Shown here one piece after another: positions 9,627-18,577 of a stretch of DNA of 64,000 nt. Position numbers and translations under genes: made by a program. How positions within the stretch are numbered: position 1 is the first letter of the stretch; each line of letters starts with the position of its first letter. The notes under the pieces were generated by a model that was not told the origin of the DNA, made no database searches, and worked only from the letters and a program-made list of their open reading frames with translations. Source of the stretch: an uncultured bacterium (lineage in GTDB: Bacteria > Krumholzibacteriota > Krumholzibacteriia > LZORAL124-64-63); contig CAVSZB010000006.1 of assembly GCA_963732385.1 (NCBI GenBank), positions 64,001 through 128,000 on the forward strand, written 5' to 3'.

Positions 9627-10192
9627 AAGGCCTCCTCGCGGTTTGGCGGACGTGGCCTCCGCAGCGCGAAGCCGGCCAGGCCGATCAGCCCGATCAAAGC
9701 CAGCACCGGCAGCGCGAGCGCGGCGACCGCGATCATCAGGGCCCCCGCCGACTCGACGCCGGCGAAGACCGGATTGGCCAGACCGCCGGTGGCGAACGTG
9801 GAGCCGAGCCGCACCGCCGCCGTCAACCCATGGAACAGTCCGGCGACCCCGCCCCCGGCGACGACCGCCAGCGTCCAGCGCAAAAATGGCGGCAGCGCGT
9901 CGGTCGCCGCCGCCAGGGCGATGACCCCGGCCGTGGCGGCCAGCGGCGCCCCTGCGGCATCGAGCAGGTGATCGAGCCACGGCAAGTGGTAGGCGGCGAT
10001 CTCCACCGTCGTCGCCACACCGAGCGCGATCAGGGCGGGGGTCGCGCCGAGCCAGGCGAAGCCTTCGGCCGGGGTGAAGTGCCCCGTGTGCGCCGCCGCG
10101 CTCATCACCAGCAGCGGCAGGAACACGCGCAGACCGCAAGCCGCGGCCAGCGCGATGCCGGCCAGAACCCCCAGAACGGTCTCGGAAACCAT
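9623..10192 (-). CDS. DUF4126 family membrane protein
   Basis: LAAACGLRVFLPLL, EIAAYHLPWLDHLLD, ATGGLANPV. Confidence 0.8.
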   Translation of the reverse strand: MVSETVLGVLAGIALAAACGLRVFLPLLVMSAAAHTGHFTPAEGFAWLGATPALIALGVATTVEIAAYHLPWLDHLLDAAGAPLAATAGVIALAAATDALPPFLRWTLAVVAGGGVAGLFHGLTAAVRLGSTFATGGLANPVFAGVESAGALMIAVAALALPVLALIGLIGLAGFALRRPRPPNREEAL

Positions 10193-10305
10193 GACTCCAC
10201 TCCCGCCGCGCCGTTGTTGCCCCGGCGATTCCTGCTACCATGTGCAGGCGCCCCGCGCGCGCCGCCGTCTCAGCGCATCATACCTGTCACGATCGGAAGA
10301 GAGCG

Positions 10306-10746
10306 ATGTCCATCTTCGAAGATCTCGCCGGCAAGCTGCAGGAAAAGTACGGACCGGGCGCCGAGGGCAACAAGACCGCCGCCCAGGCCCTGAAGCTGAT
10401 CGAGGGCATGGACAACGGCCTCGACGGCCTCGTGGCGAAGTTCGAGCAGGCCGGTTTCAGGGAACAGGCCCAGTCATGGGTCGCCAGGGGCAGGAACCTG
10501 CCGGTCACCGCCGCCCAGGTGAAGGCCGCCCTCGGCCCCGAACTCGAGAAGTTCGCCCAGAAGGCCGACCTGACGGTCGACGCCGCGGCCGCGAAAATCG
10601 CCGAAGTCATGCCGCTGATCGTCGACAAGCTGACCCCCGACGGCATGGCCCCGAAGGCCGCCGAACTGAAGCAGCAGCTCGGCCGTCTCGCCGACAGGCT
10701 GACCGGCAAGGGGGGCCCGGGACCGACGCCGCCGGCGGCGGGCTGA
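10306..10746 (+). CDS. YidB family (DUF937) protein
   Basis: GLDGLVAKFEQAG, QSWVARGRNLPV, PLIVDKLTPDG. Confidence 0.8.
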   Translation: MSIFEDLAGKLQEKYGPGAEGNKTAAQALKLIEGMDNGLDGLVAKFEQAGFREQAQSWVARGRNLPVTAAQVKAALGPELEKFAQKADLTVDAAAAKIAEVMPLIVDKLTPDGMAPKAAELKQQLGRLADRLTGKGGPGPTPPAAG

Positions 10747-10922
10747 GGCGGCCGCCCGCGCCAAGCTGAGCCTTATGCATTGTGGCGCAATGGCTTGGAT
10801 AATTCCGCAGGCAACTGCGCTTTGGTCCTGACCATTCCGCAGCCTTGAAGCGAACCGCGGCGACGCCTATTCCACCTTTGCCGCGCCCCCCGGTATTGCA
10901 CGCGGAAGCTGATCAGGAACGC

Positions 10923-10950
10923 GAAAGGGCGGCCCCACGGCCGCCCTTTC
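10923..10950. terminator. Rho-independent terminator between convergent yidB and aconitase genes
   Basis: GAAAGGGCGGCC-CCAC-GGCCGCCCTTTC perfect 12-bp stem, followed by CCCTTTT on +. Confidence 0.75.
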
Positions 10951-10974
10951 CCCTTTTCACGGCGTCGCCGGAGC

Positions 10975-12930
10975 TCAGCCGTTGCCCAGCGCCCGCCTGA
11001 CCTGGTTCTCCACGCCGCCCGCCACGACGATCTCCTGCACGGTCGTGCCGAGCGCAGCGAAGCCGTACTCGGTGCCGCGCCAGGTAGCGACGGCGCGGGC
11101 GAAGTCGAGGGTGAGCGTGTCGCCGGTGACGATGGTCTTGTCGCCCGACTTCACGCGCTGGCCGAAGGCGGTCTTCATCGCCTTCACCAGGTCGGGGCTC
11201 TCGACGCAGGCGTAGCCGTTGTTGAAGGCGTTGCGCAGATACGTCTGCGAGAAGCTGCCGGCGACGACGAGGGCGATCTTCGCGGCCTGCAGCGCGGTCA
11301 CGGCCTGCTCGCGCGAGGAGCCGGTGCCGAAGTTGAAGCCGCCGACGATCAGGTCGCCCGGCTGCATGATCGCGGTGAAGGTGGGGTCGTAGTTGGCCAT
11401 GACGACCTGGGCCATCATCGCGGGGGTCATGTCGTCGCGGTAGGTGTAGTCCTTGCCGTAGATGCCGTCGGTGTTGAGGTTGTCCTGCGGCAGGAAGAGG
11501 GCGCGCCCCTCGAGCTTGGCCGGGAAGCCCGGCACGATGTCGATCTTCACGGCGGCCTTGCGGGCGCTGAACTCGCGGAAGCGCTTCTCGAGCTTCATCG
11601 TCTCGACCTGCATCTCCGCGGGGCCGGCGATGTGGCCCGCCACGGCCGAGGCGGCCACGACGGCCGGGCTGGCCAGGTAGCACTTCGCCTCGCGGCTGCC
11701 CATGCGCCCCTTGAAGTTGCGGTTGGTGGCGGAGATGCCGACCTCGCCCGCTTCGAGCAGGCCGGTGCCCAGGCCGATGCACGGCCCGCAGCTCGGCGGC
11801 AGCGGCTGCGCGCCGGCCGCCACGAGGGTCTGCCAGGAGCCGTCGGCCTCGGCCGCCTCCTGCACCGACTTCGAGGCGGCGGCCACGAAGAACGTCACCT
11901 GCGGGGCCACTTTCTTCCCCTTGATCACCTTCGCGGCGGCCTGCAGGTCGGTCAGCCGGCTGTTCACGCAGGAGAGCAGGTAGGCCTTCTGCACCGGGAT
12001 CTTCAGCGCGGCCAGTTCGGAGAGCGGGGCCGCCTTCTGCACGCTGTCGGGGCCGCTCACGTAGGGGCTGACGGATGCCAGGTCGAGCACGATCTCGGCG
12101 GCGTAGGCGGCGTCGGGGTCGGAGCGGGGGGGATCGGCCGCCCAGGCGGCGATCTGCGGTTCGCTCAGCCGGTCGGTCAGGCCGCGCGCGGTCAGACTCG
12201 CCAGCCGCTGGCGCAGGTAGGCGATGGTGACGGCGTCGACCGGGAACCAGCCGACCAGGGCGCCCCACTCGGTGGTCATGTTGGCGATGGCGAGACGCTC
12301 GTCCACCGACAGGCTCGTCACGCCGGGCCCGGCGAACTCGACCGCGGCGTTGAGCACCTCTTCCGCATTGTAGAGGCCGCAGAGCGTGACGATGACATCC
12401 TTGCCGGTGACGCCGGGGCGCAGCGTGCCCTCGAGCACGACCCTGATCATGCGCGGCACCTGCCACCAGAACGTGCCGGTGACCCAGGCGGCGGCGGCGT
12501 CGGTGCGCACGATCGGCGTGCCGACCGCGCCGAGCCCGCCGTACATGTTCGAGTGGCTGTCGCTCGCCACGACGAAGCCGCCCGGCTTCACGAAGCCCTC
12601 TTCGACCATGACCTGATGCCCGATGCCGTAGCCGGCCGGGTGGAAACGGATCCCCTGCTCCTTCGCGAACGCCTCGATGGCGGCGTACTTCGCCAGGTTC
12701 TTGGGGTCGGTGTTCTGGATCTCGTGGTCGAGGGCGAACACCGGCTGCCCCGGGTCGCGCACCTTCTTCGCGCCGAGCCCCTTGAACTTGCTCAGCACCG
12801 CCGAGGTGTTGTCGTGCGTCATCACATGGTCGGGGCGGATCGTGACGAAGTCGTTCGCGTGGACCTCCCACCCTTTGGGCAGTCCCACCGCGTGCGCCTG
12901 CGTGATCTTCTCGATGACCGTCTGGGCCAT
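10975..12930 (-). CDS. lysF: Single-chain homoaconitase-like aconitase (fungal LysF/Lys4 type)
   Basis: QTVIEKI, MTHDN, LDHEIQN, GIGHQVMVEEG, DSHSNMYGG, NMTTEWGAL, SCVNSR, CGPCIGLG, TNRNFKGRMG, fused swivel domain NFGTGSSREQA. Confidence 0.8.
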   Translation of the reverse strand: MAQTVIEKITQAHAVGLPKGWEVHANDFVTIRPDHVMTHDNTSAVLSKFKGLGAKKVRDPGQPVFALDHEIQNTDPKNLAKYAAIEAFAKEQGIRFHPAGYGIGHQVMVEEGFVKPGGFVVASDSHSNMYGGLGAVGTPIVRTDAAAAWVTGTFWWQVPRMIRVVLEGTLRPGVTGKDVIVTLCGLYNAEEVLNAAVEFAGPGVTSLSVDERLAIANMTTEWGALVGWFPVDAVTIAYLRQRLASLTARGLTDRLSEPQIAAWAADPPRSDPDAAYAAEIVLDLASVSPYVSGPDSVQKAAPLSELAALKIPVQKAYLLSCVNSRLTDLQAAAKVIKGKKVAPQVTFFVAAASKSVQEAAEADGSWQTLVAAGAQPLPPSCGPCIGLGTGLLEAGEVGISATNRNFKGRMGSREAKCYLASPAVVAASAVAGHIAGPAEMQVETMKLEKRFREFSARKAAVKIDIVPGFPAKLEGRALFLPQDNLNTDGIYGKDYTYRDDMTPAMMAQVVMANYDPTFTAIMQPGDLIVGGFNFGTGSSREQAVTALQAAKIALVVAGSFSQTYLRNAFNNGYACVESPDLVKAMKTAFGQRVKSGDKTIVTGDTLTLDFARAVATWRGTEYGFAALGTTVQEIVVAGGVENQVRRALGNG

Positions 12931-13085
12931 GATCGTCCTCCGGGTAAGGCCTGAAGGGCGGGGGGTGGCGCCGGCACGGCGCCGTCCCCGGTGACTCCAA
13001 CTTGCGCGTTGGCGGCCGATTTTCAAGTCCGGAGAGGGGGCGGGGTCGGGCCGGGTGGACAGCCGGCGGCGCCGGCCGCCGCCGC

Positions 13086-14474
13086 CTAGGCCCGCCCGAC
13101 GGGGCGGTCAGCCGTCAGCCTGGCCATCAGATCGCTCACCAGCGGCGCCCGCTCCGCCACGGCCAGCGCCTCCTTCATCTCGCGCAGCCGCGCCGGCGTG
13201 CAGACCGGCTCGGCCAGCGCGTCGAACTTGACCTCGAGTTCGGCGTCGGTCATCGGATTGCGCGGATCCCCCTTGGGATAGTCGAGGGCGCGCGTCAGCT
13301 CGCGCCCATCGTTGGTGACGATCGTCACCACGACCTTCTGCAGCGCCGGGAATGCCGCCTCGATCTCGGGATCGGCCGTGACCTTCACCTTGGGCAACTG
13401 CGCCCGGATGACCGGGTCCATGATGCGCCCCGCCTCGAACTGCTCCGGCGTCACTTTCCGATCGACGATCGCCGCCGCGATGCAGTAGGGGAGGCTGTGG
13501 TCGGCCGTCTCCTTGGAGCGCGGATCGTACTTGCTCGGGTCGGCCAGGATGTCGGCCGCGCGGGCGAGCGAGCGGATCCGCACCTCGACCACCTGCTCCG
13601 GACGCAGATCGTGGTCGCGCACCAGATCGAGCGTGGCCGAAATCGGCGCATGCGTGAGCGCCTCGGTCGGAAACGACTTCATCCCGCACTTCAGGATGCG
13701 CCAACTCTCGCCGAGCCCGTCGGTGAGGATGTCCCAGCGCCAGTCGGTCCTGATGACGTGGCCCAGCCCCTCCTTCCCGTCGAGCACATGCTCGGGGCCG
13801 GTGTACCCCTGCTCCGCCAGCAGCGCAGCCAGCACCCCGCTCTGCGTGGCGAGCGGATCGACCGTGTTCTTCATCATGGTCAGCTTCCCCGCCGTGACCG
13901 ACCCCGGCGTGCAGTGCCGCGACGCCGAGATCCCGATCGCATGCTGGATCCGCTCCCCATCGAGCCCCAGCAGCCGCCCCGCCACGATGGGGGAGGCGAT
14001 CGCCGTCAGCGTGGCATGGTGCCACCCCACCTCCCGCACCCCGGGGAAGGAGACCTCGCACAACCGCTGCTCGATCTCATAGGCGATGGCGATCCCGACC
14101 ATCAGCTCGCGCCCCCCGAGCCTCTGCCGCTCCGCGATCGCCAGCGCCGCCGGAATGATGTCACTGGGATGCGACGGATCCTGCTTCCAGTAGATGTCGT
14201 TGTAGTCCATGACCCGGATCAGCAGGGCATTGGCCAGCGAGGCCGAGACCGGGTCCATGCGCGTGCCGGCCCCGATCACCGTGGCGAGGCCGGGGCCGGC
14301 GATCTCGCCGAGAACCTTCAGCGCGATCCGGCAGTCATGCTGCCGCAGCCCTCCGAGGGCGCACCCCACGCTGTCGAACAGGAAACGACGGCACTCCCGC
14401 ACCACGGCGTCGGGCAGATCCTCGTAGCGCACGGCGGCGGCCCAGTCGGCCAGCGGACGGGTCACGTTCGGCAT
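13086..14474 (-). CDS. prpD: MmgE/PrpD family dehydratase (2-methylcitrate dehydratase-like)
   Basis: DSVGCALGG, RVMDYNDIY, SHPSDIIP, ETADHSLPY, PKGDPRNPM. Confidence 0.85.
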   Translation of the reverse strand: MPNVTRPLADWAAAVRYEDLPDAVVRECRRFLFDSVGCALGGLRQHDCRIALKVLGEIAGPGLATVIGAGTRMDPVSASLANALLIRVMDYNDIYWKQDPSHPSDIIPAALAIAERQRLGGRELMVGIAIAYEIEQRLCEVSFPGVREVGWHHATLTAIASPIVAGRLLGLDGERIQHAIGISASRHCTPGSVTAGKLTMMKNTVDPLATQSGVLAALLAEQGYTGPEHVLDGKEGLGHVIRTDWRWDILTDGLGESWRILKCGMKSFPTEALTHAPISATLDLVRDHDLRPEQVVEVRIRSLARAADILADPSKYDPRSKETADHSLPYCIAAAIVDRKVTPEQFEAGRIMDPVIRAQLPKVKVTADPEIEAAFPALQKVVVTIVTNDGRELTRALDYPKGDPRNPMTDAELEVKFDALAEPVCTPARLREMKEALAVAERAPLVSDLMARLTADRPVGRA

Positions 14475-14620
14475 GACGGGTCAGCTCCTGATATTGGGGT
14501 CAGTGACGGTGAAGGCGCGGTAGGGGAACAGGCTAGGCATGGGGGGGCGGGGGCGCCACACGGAGTGGGCGATGCGTCGGCATGGACCCTGTCGGGACCG
14601 CCTTTCATATCAACACGGTC

Positions 14621-14649
14621 TTGACGATATGCCTAATCTGACATATGCT
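14621..14649 (+). promoter_or_regulatory. Sigma70-type promoter with an internal palindrome
   Basis: TTGACG-N17-TATGCT; ATATG...CATAT inverted repeat across the spacer. Confidence 0.55.
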
Positions 14650-14668
14650 CTCCCTCCTGCCCCCCACG

Positions 14669-14767
14669 GTGGAGGCCGCCGATCCAACGGTGACCGTCGA
14701 CCTGCTTCTCAAAGCCCTGCTTGCTCTGGGGATGACGAAGAAGCAACTCGCGAAGATTGTCGCCTGA
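14669..14767 (+). pseudogene. C-terminal remnant of an XRE/HTH antitoxin-like regulator
   Basis: Manual translation VEAADPTVTVDLLLKALLALGMTKKQLAKIVA*, resembling the EAGDPSVSLDLLxxxLLALG tail of HTH antitoxins. Confidence 0.55.
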
Positions 14768-14811
14768 AGATTCCGGTCTGGGGGCCGGGTCAATTGTTGT
14801 GGCGCACCATG

Positions 14812-15747
14812 CTATGATGGCCTGCGGCGCTGGATCACCCGACGCAATTCGTTCATGACTTCCGGACCGTCGAGAAACTGCCCGCCATCCGCCTGGTCGA
14901 TCCCTTTCTGTATGGCGCTGCGCAGGGATTGGTCAACCGTGCCTTTCCACGGCTCACCGGCCAGGAGCGCCACGAGCTTCTGCAGGACGGCATCGAGCGC
15001 GGCCTCGAAATCCCAGACGAAGCCGGGCCGAAGGAGCGGCCCCATGTCGTTGCGGAAGTCGGGATCGTTACGCTTGCCGGCGAGGTTCTCCTCGAACTGC
15101 GCGCGGGTGACGGTGCGGCCTTCTTCCGTCAGATAGCGCTGGAGGCACGAGAGGAGGACCTTCGGGTCGAGACGACCCAGCTCGAGCGCGTGCCAGAGGT
15201 CGAAGAGGTCCCGTCCCTTCCTGCGCTGGTAGAGCGCGCGGAGCTTGGTGCAGAGCAGCTCGTCGAGCGAGTAGGTCGCGACGTCCGCGGCGCCCGTGTA
15301 CCAAGGGTTGTCGACCCGGAAGGGAACGCGCACCACGCCCAGTTCGGTGAAGTGCTCACGCGTGTTGATCTCGACCTTGAGCCGCAGCCTCAACGGCGGC
15401 ACGTCCTCGGAATCGAAGCGGTACACCAAGCTGACCCGACCTTCCCTGAGGAGGCGGCGCGGAGCTCCCAGCCACGGATCGAGCACCGTCCGCGCCCGGT
15501 CGAGCGTGTGGCCGATGGGCTCGGGGCGGGCCTGCACCAGATCGATGTCCTCGGAGTACCTGGCCGGCGGGTCGAGGTAGAGCTTGTAGAGCGCGGTGCC
15601 GCCGCGGAAGACGAGGCTGTTCGCGATCTCCGGAACCCGGAACAGTTCCACGATCGCCCGGCAGATGATGAGGTCCTGCTCGACCTGTGCGTCGAGGAGC
15701 CACGGCGCCCGCGACCGCCATGCGGTGATGTGTGCTATCGGAATCAT
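14812..15747 (-). CDS. abiEii: AbiEii/AbiGii family nucleotidyltransferase toxin (type IV TA)
   Basis: QVEQDLII, FRGGTALYKLY, RYSEDIDL, KVEINTRE, KLRALYQRRKGRDLFDL. Confidence 0.9.
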   Translation of the reverse strand: MIPIAHITAWRSRAPWLLDAQVEQDLIICRAIVELFRVPEIANSLVFRGGTALYKLYLDPPARYSEDIDLVQARPEPIGHTLDRARTVLDPWLGAPRRLLREGRVSLVYRFDSEDVPPLRLRLKVEINTREHFTELGVVRVPFRVDNPWYTGAADVATYSLDELLCTKLRALYQRRKGRDLFDLWHALELGRLDPKVLLSCLQRYLTEEGRTVTRAQFEENLAGKRNDPDFRNDMGPLLRPGFVWDFEAALDAVLQKLVALLAGEPWKGTVDQSLRSAIQKGIDQADGGQFLDGPEVMNELRRVIQRRRPS

Positions 15748-16526
15748 GCGTCGGGCTCCACCTCGGCGTTGATGATGAGCTTCCACTTCGCGCTGCGTTT
15801 CGCCGACGCGATGGGCGCCGCGCGCCGCAGCGGCGTGTAGCTCTTCGCCTGGTCCCGGACGAAGGGCCCGATCGTCCTGGCGAGCTCCTCATGGCCGACC
15901 AGTTCGAGGAGGTAGCCGAGCCGCTGGGACCAGCTCATGGGCGACAGCCGCGCGACATCGAGCAGCTTGCCCGCGTCGAGTCCCTCGGCGAGCTCGGCCA
16001 CGACCGTTGCGACGTTGCTCAGGCCGCCGGCGTGGCTCGGGTAGCCGACGAGCTCGAGCGCCGTCACCTCCGGGGTCGCGTAGCGCAGGACACCAAGCGG
16101 CGTATTGACCGTGGCGACGGGCATCTTCTCCAGATCGCCCCGGGCGATGAACTCGACCCGCACCGCACCACACGACAGCGCCGCGCGGTTCTTCCGTACC
16201 ATCACCTGGCAGGCCTGCGGCCGCTGGTGCGCCGCTCCGTGCCTCTCGGCCGCCGACAGCAGCCCGAGGTAGTAGGGCTCTTCCCAGGATTGCATGAGCT
16301 GATGGACGAACTGCTCCGCGGGCAGGCAGCCGAGCCGCCGGTACTCGGGCGGCACGATCACGTGGAAGCTCCGCGCGGGCTCGGCGATGAGCCCCCGCTC
16401 CTTCAACCGGCGAAGCTGGGCTCGCACGGCGGCCCGGCTGCCGCCGATCGCCCCCAAGGCCTCGTTGGAGCTGAAGTGGTAGCGCCCGTTCGAGGCCAGC
16501 TCTTCGATGTACTCACGGGCTCGCAT
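15744..16526 (-). CDS. abiEi: AbiEi family antitoxin (type IV TA)
   Basis: N-terminal wHTH, IVPPEY, YYLGLLSAAERHGAAHQRPQ, TPEVTALELV; 4-bp overlap with the toxin gene. Confidence 0.9.
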   Translation of the reverse strand: MRAREYIEELASNGRYHFSSNEALGAIGGSRAAVRAQLRRLKERGLIAEPARSFHVIVPPEYRRLGCLPAEQFVHQLMQSWEEPYYLGLLSAAERHGAAHQRPQACQVMVRKNRAALSCGAVRVEFIARGDLEKMPVATVNTPLGVLRYATPEVTALELVGYPSHAGGLSNVATVVAELAEGLDAGKLLDVARLSPMSWSQRLGYLLELVGHEELARTIGPFVRDQAKSYTPLRRAAPIASAKRSAKWKLIINAEVEPDA

Positions 16527-16577
16527 GCGTTACGATCCTCAGTCATTATCACGTAAATGGTCATTGTCGCAAAGAAA

Positions 16578-16597
16578 CGTATCGCCCAAACGATACG
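16578..16597. promoter_or_regulatory. Inverted repeat upstream of abiEi (putative autorepression operator)
   Basis: CGTATCG-N6-CGATACG in the AT-rich promoter; AbiEi proteins are known to bind promoter inverted repeats. Confidence 0.5.
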
Positions 16598-16723
16598 ATT
16601 CATTAGCAATATAACGCAATGCTTTGCTTTTGGCAATAAATGTCTTGCGCCTGGCCGCCCCAGCACACGCCCCCCGATCTCCACGCCCCTTGAAGCCCCT
16701 ATTCGTGTAGTCAGGCAGCGCCA

Positions 16724-16798
16724 TCAGACACCCTTGTTCCTGTCGTCCCAGACCTTCGGCTCCCAGAGCTCGAGCTTGTTTCCGTCCGGGTCCATGAT
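16724..16798 (-). pseudogene. C-terminal remnant of a VOC/glyoxalase family gene
   Basis: Manual translation IMDPDGNKLELWEPKVWDDRNKGV* (DPDGNxxELWEP signature), joined out of frame to truncated rhuM. Confidence 0.6.
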
Positions 16799-16799
16799 T

Positions 16800-17498
16800 G
16801 GGGCCACCCGGCGCGTTCTTCCAGGTGGTCAGACCCATGTGGGGCCGGCCCGCGTCGGCACGCGCTCTGATGACCTCGGCGGCGGTACGGCCATGGATGG
16901 CGAAGTGCAGCTTGTTCTGCACGGTGGCGAAGAAGGTCTGGCTGATGAGCAGCGTCGGGTCGTAGTCGATGCTGGTGGCATAGATGTCGGTGATCTTCTG
17001 GTAGAACATCCGCTCGGAAGCACGAATGGCGCGGATGCGCTCCAGCAGCTCGTCAAAGTAGTCCGCCCCAATCGTGCGCCCTTCCTTGAGCCGCTCGTCA
17101 TCCATCGTGAAACCCTTGACCAGCAACTCGGAGAGCCGCCCCGTAGCCCACTGGCGAAAGGCCGTGCCGCGCGCCGAACGAACCCGGTACCCGACGGCGA
17201 GAATGGCATCGAGGCTGTAGTGATCAATAGCGCGGGAGACGTCGCGGGCGCCCTCAGTTCGAACTATCCGGAAACTCCGGATAGTTGCCCCGGGATCGAG
17301 TTCCCCCTCGCCGTAAATGTTGACCAGATACTCGCTTACGGTCTTGACCGACACCTGGAAGAGCTCGGCGATCAAGCGCTGGGGCAACCAGACCGTGCGA
17401 CCTTCTAGGCGGACCTGGAGGCGCGTGGCGCCGTCCTGATAAATCAGGATCTGGCCGTCCGGCAGGATGGGGTGGGGAAGATTGGCGTCAGCCAGCAT
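16800..17498 (-). pseudogene. rhuM: 3'-truncated RhuM family protein
   Basis: TVWLPQRLIAELF, YSLDAILAVGYRVRS, YFDELLERIRAIRASE, QNKLHFAIHGRTAAE, MGLTTWKNAP; similarity stops near 16800 and the ORF reads on into unrelated DNA to 16539. Confidence 0.75.
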
Positions 17499-17501
17499 AG
17501 T

Positions 17502-17579
17502 CTACCCCTTCAACCTTTCGCGCACCACCGCCATCAACCGCTCACCATCGTCAAGGCGCTCCTCCAACTCCGCCGGCAG
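17502..17579 (-). pseudogene. C-terminal remnant of a type I R-M methyltransferase (HsdM-like)
   Basis: LPAELEERLDDGERLMAVVRERLKG* ends 3 bp before the rhuM start; hsdM-rhuM adjacency is common. Confidence 0.4.
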
Positions 17580-17716
17580 TATTGCTCACCTCTCGGTGAA
17601 TAAGCGGTTCAGTATCGTGTCCAAGTGCTTTTCTGGGCGGGGAAGCCGATGCTGGGCGGCCAATGTCATCATTGCCATGTTGCTGGGCGGTATGGCGGGT
17701 ACTTGGGCGGTGACGT

Positions 17717-18340
17717 TCAACCGGAGTCGCCGCCCGGCGCCCGCACCAGTCGCGCCAGCCACAACACCAGCAGCGTCGCCACCGCCAGCAGGAAGGCGCC
17801 ATTGGCCTGGTGCGCCGTGGTGACGATGACGTCCGCGAGCGTGGGGGCTGCGTGGTTGGGGCGGTCGCCGGTGACGACCAGGGCGGCGACGCCCAGTGCC
17901 AGTTGCAAGCCGACCAAGATGAGCAGCAGTTTGCCGAGGCGGGGGACGGTCGGGAGGGTGTCGTGGATGGTCCAGGCGCGCACGTCGGTGATCAGGGCGG
18001 CCACGATGACGATGGCGGCGAACGACACGTGCACCAGCAGGCCGCCGGCGAGGTGGCGGAGGACGGCGCCCAGGACGAGTTGGACGATCAGCAGGGACAG
18101 GAGGAGGCGGGAGAGGCCGTGGTCGAGGGCGGTGCGCGGCAGGGTGCGGGGCGGGGAGGCGGCGCGCCAGGCGGGGGTGGTCACGCCGGCGAGGGCGACC
18201 ATTGCGCAGAAGAACAGTTGGCCGGTCACGTCGTGGACGATGGCCAGGAGCAGGCTGGGGGCGGTCTGTCGGGGGTCGTTGCCCATGGTGAAGTGGCCGG
18301 TGACGCGGAGGCCGCCGAGGAGGTCCTGCACCTCCGCTTC
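17717..18340 (-). pseudogene. ctaA: 5'-truncated heme A synthase (COX15/CtaA family)
   Basis: LLGGLRVTG, AIVHDVTGQLFF, QLVLGAVLRH, LQLALG, TTAHQANGAFLLA; N-terminal half missing and no credible start. Confidence 0.7.
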
Positions 18341-18488
18341 ACGGTACGTCCCGAGTCGCTGACGGTGCTGGTGGCCGCCGCGGACGCTCCGCGTCAGCCG
18401 CTGCCGATGTGTCAGGTGTTCTGGTTCGCGTGGCACGCGAAGCGGTCGGACATGTTGCCAGCATGCGCTGCCCGCACCGCCCGGAAAG

Positions 18489-18525
18489 GACAGCGCCCGG
18501 CCCCTGGCTGGGGACGGGCGCTGTC
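18489..18525 (-). terminator. Probable terminator downstream of the protease gene
   Basis: GACAGCGCCCG...CGGGCGCTGTC 11-bp stem followed by CTTT on the minus strand. Confidence 0.55.
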
Positions 18526-18577
18526 GCGAATGCAGGGACGGCGGCTTTGCCGGGTGGCGGGGCCGTCGCATCCTTTG

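Noticed and set aside
16680..16800. Integron cassette (attC) after the VOC fragment
   Set aside because: No RYYYAAC...GTTRRRY pair with inner boxes recognised and no integrase in the window
16539..17498. Full-length 319-aa rhuM gene
   Set aside because: Family similarity ends near 16800; the remainder reads through a VOC fragment and the abiEi promoter
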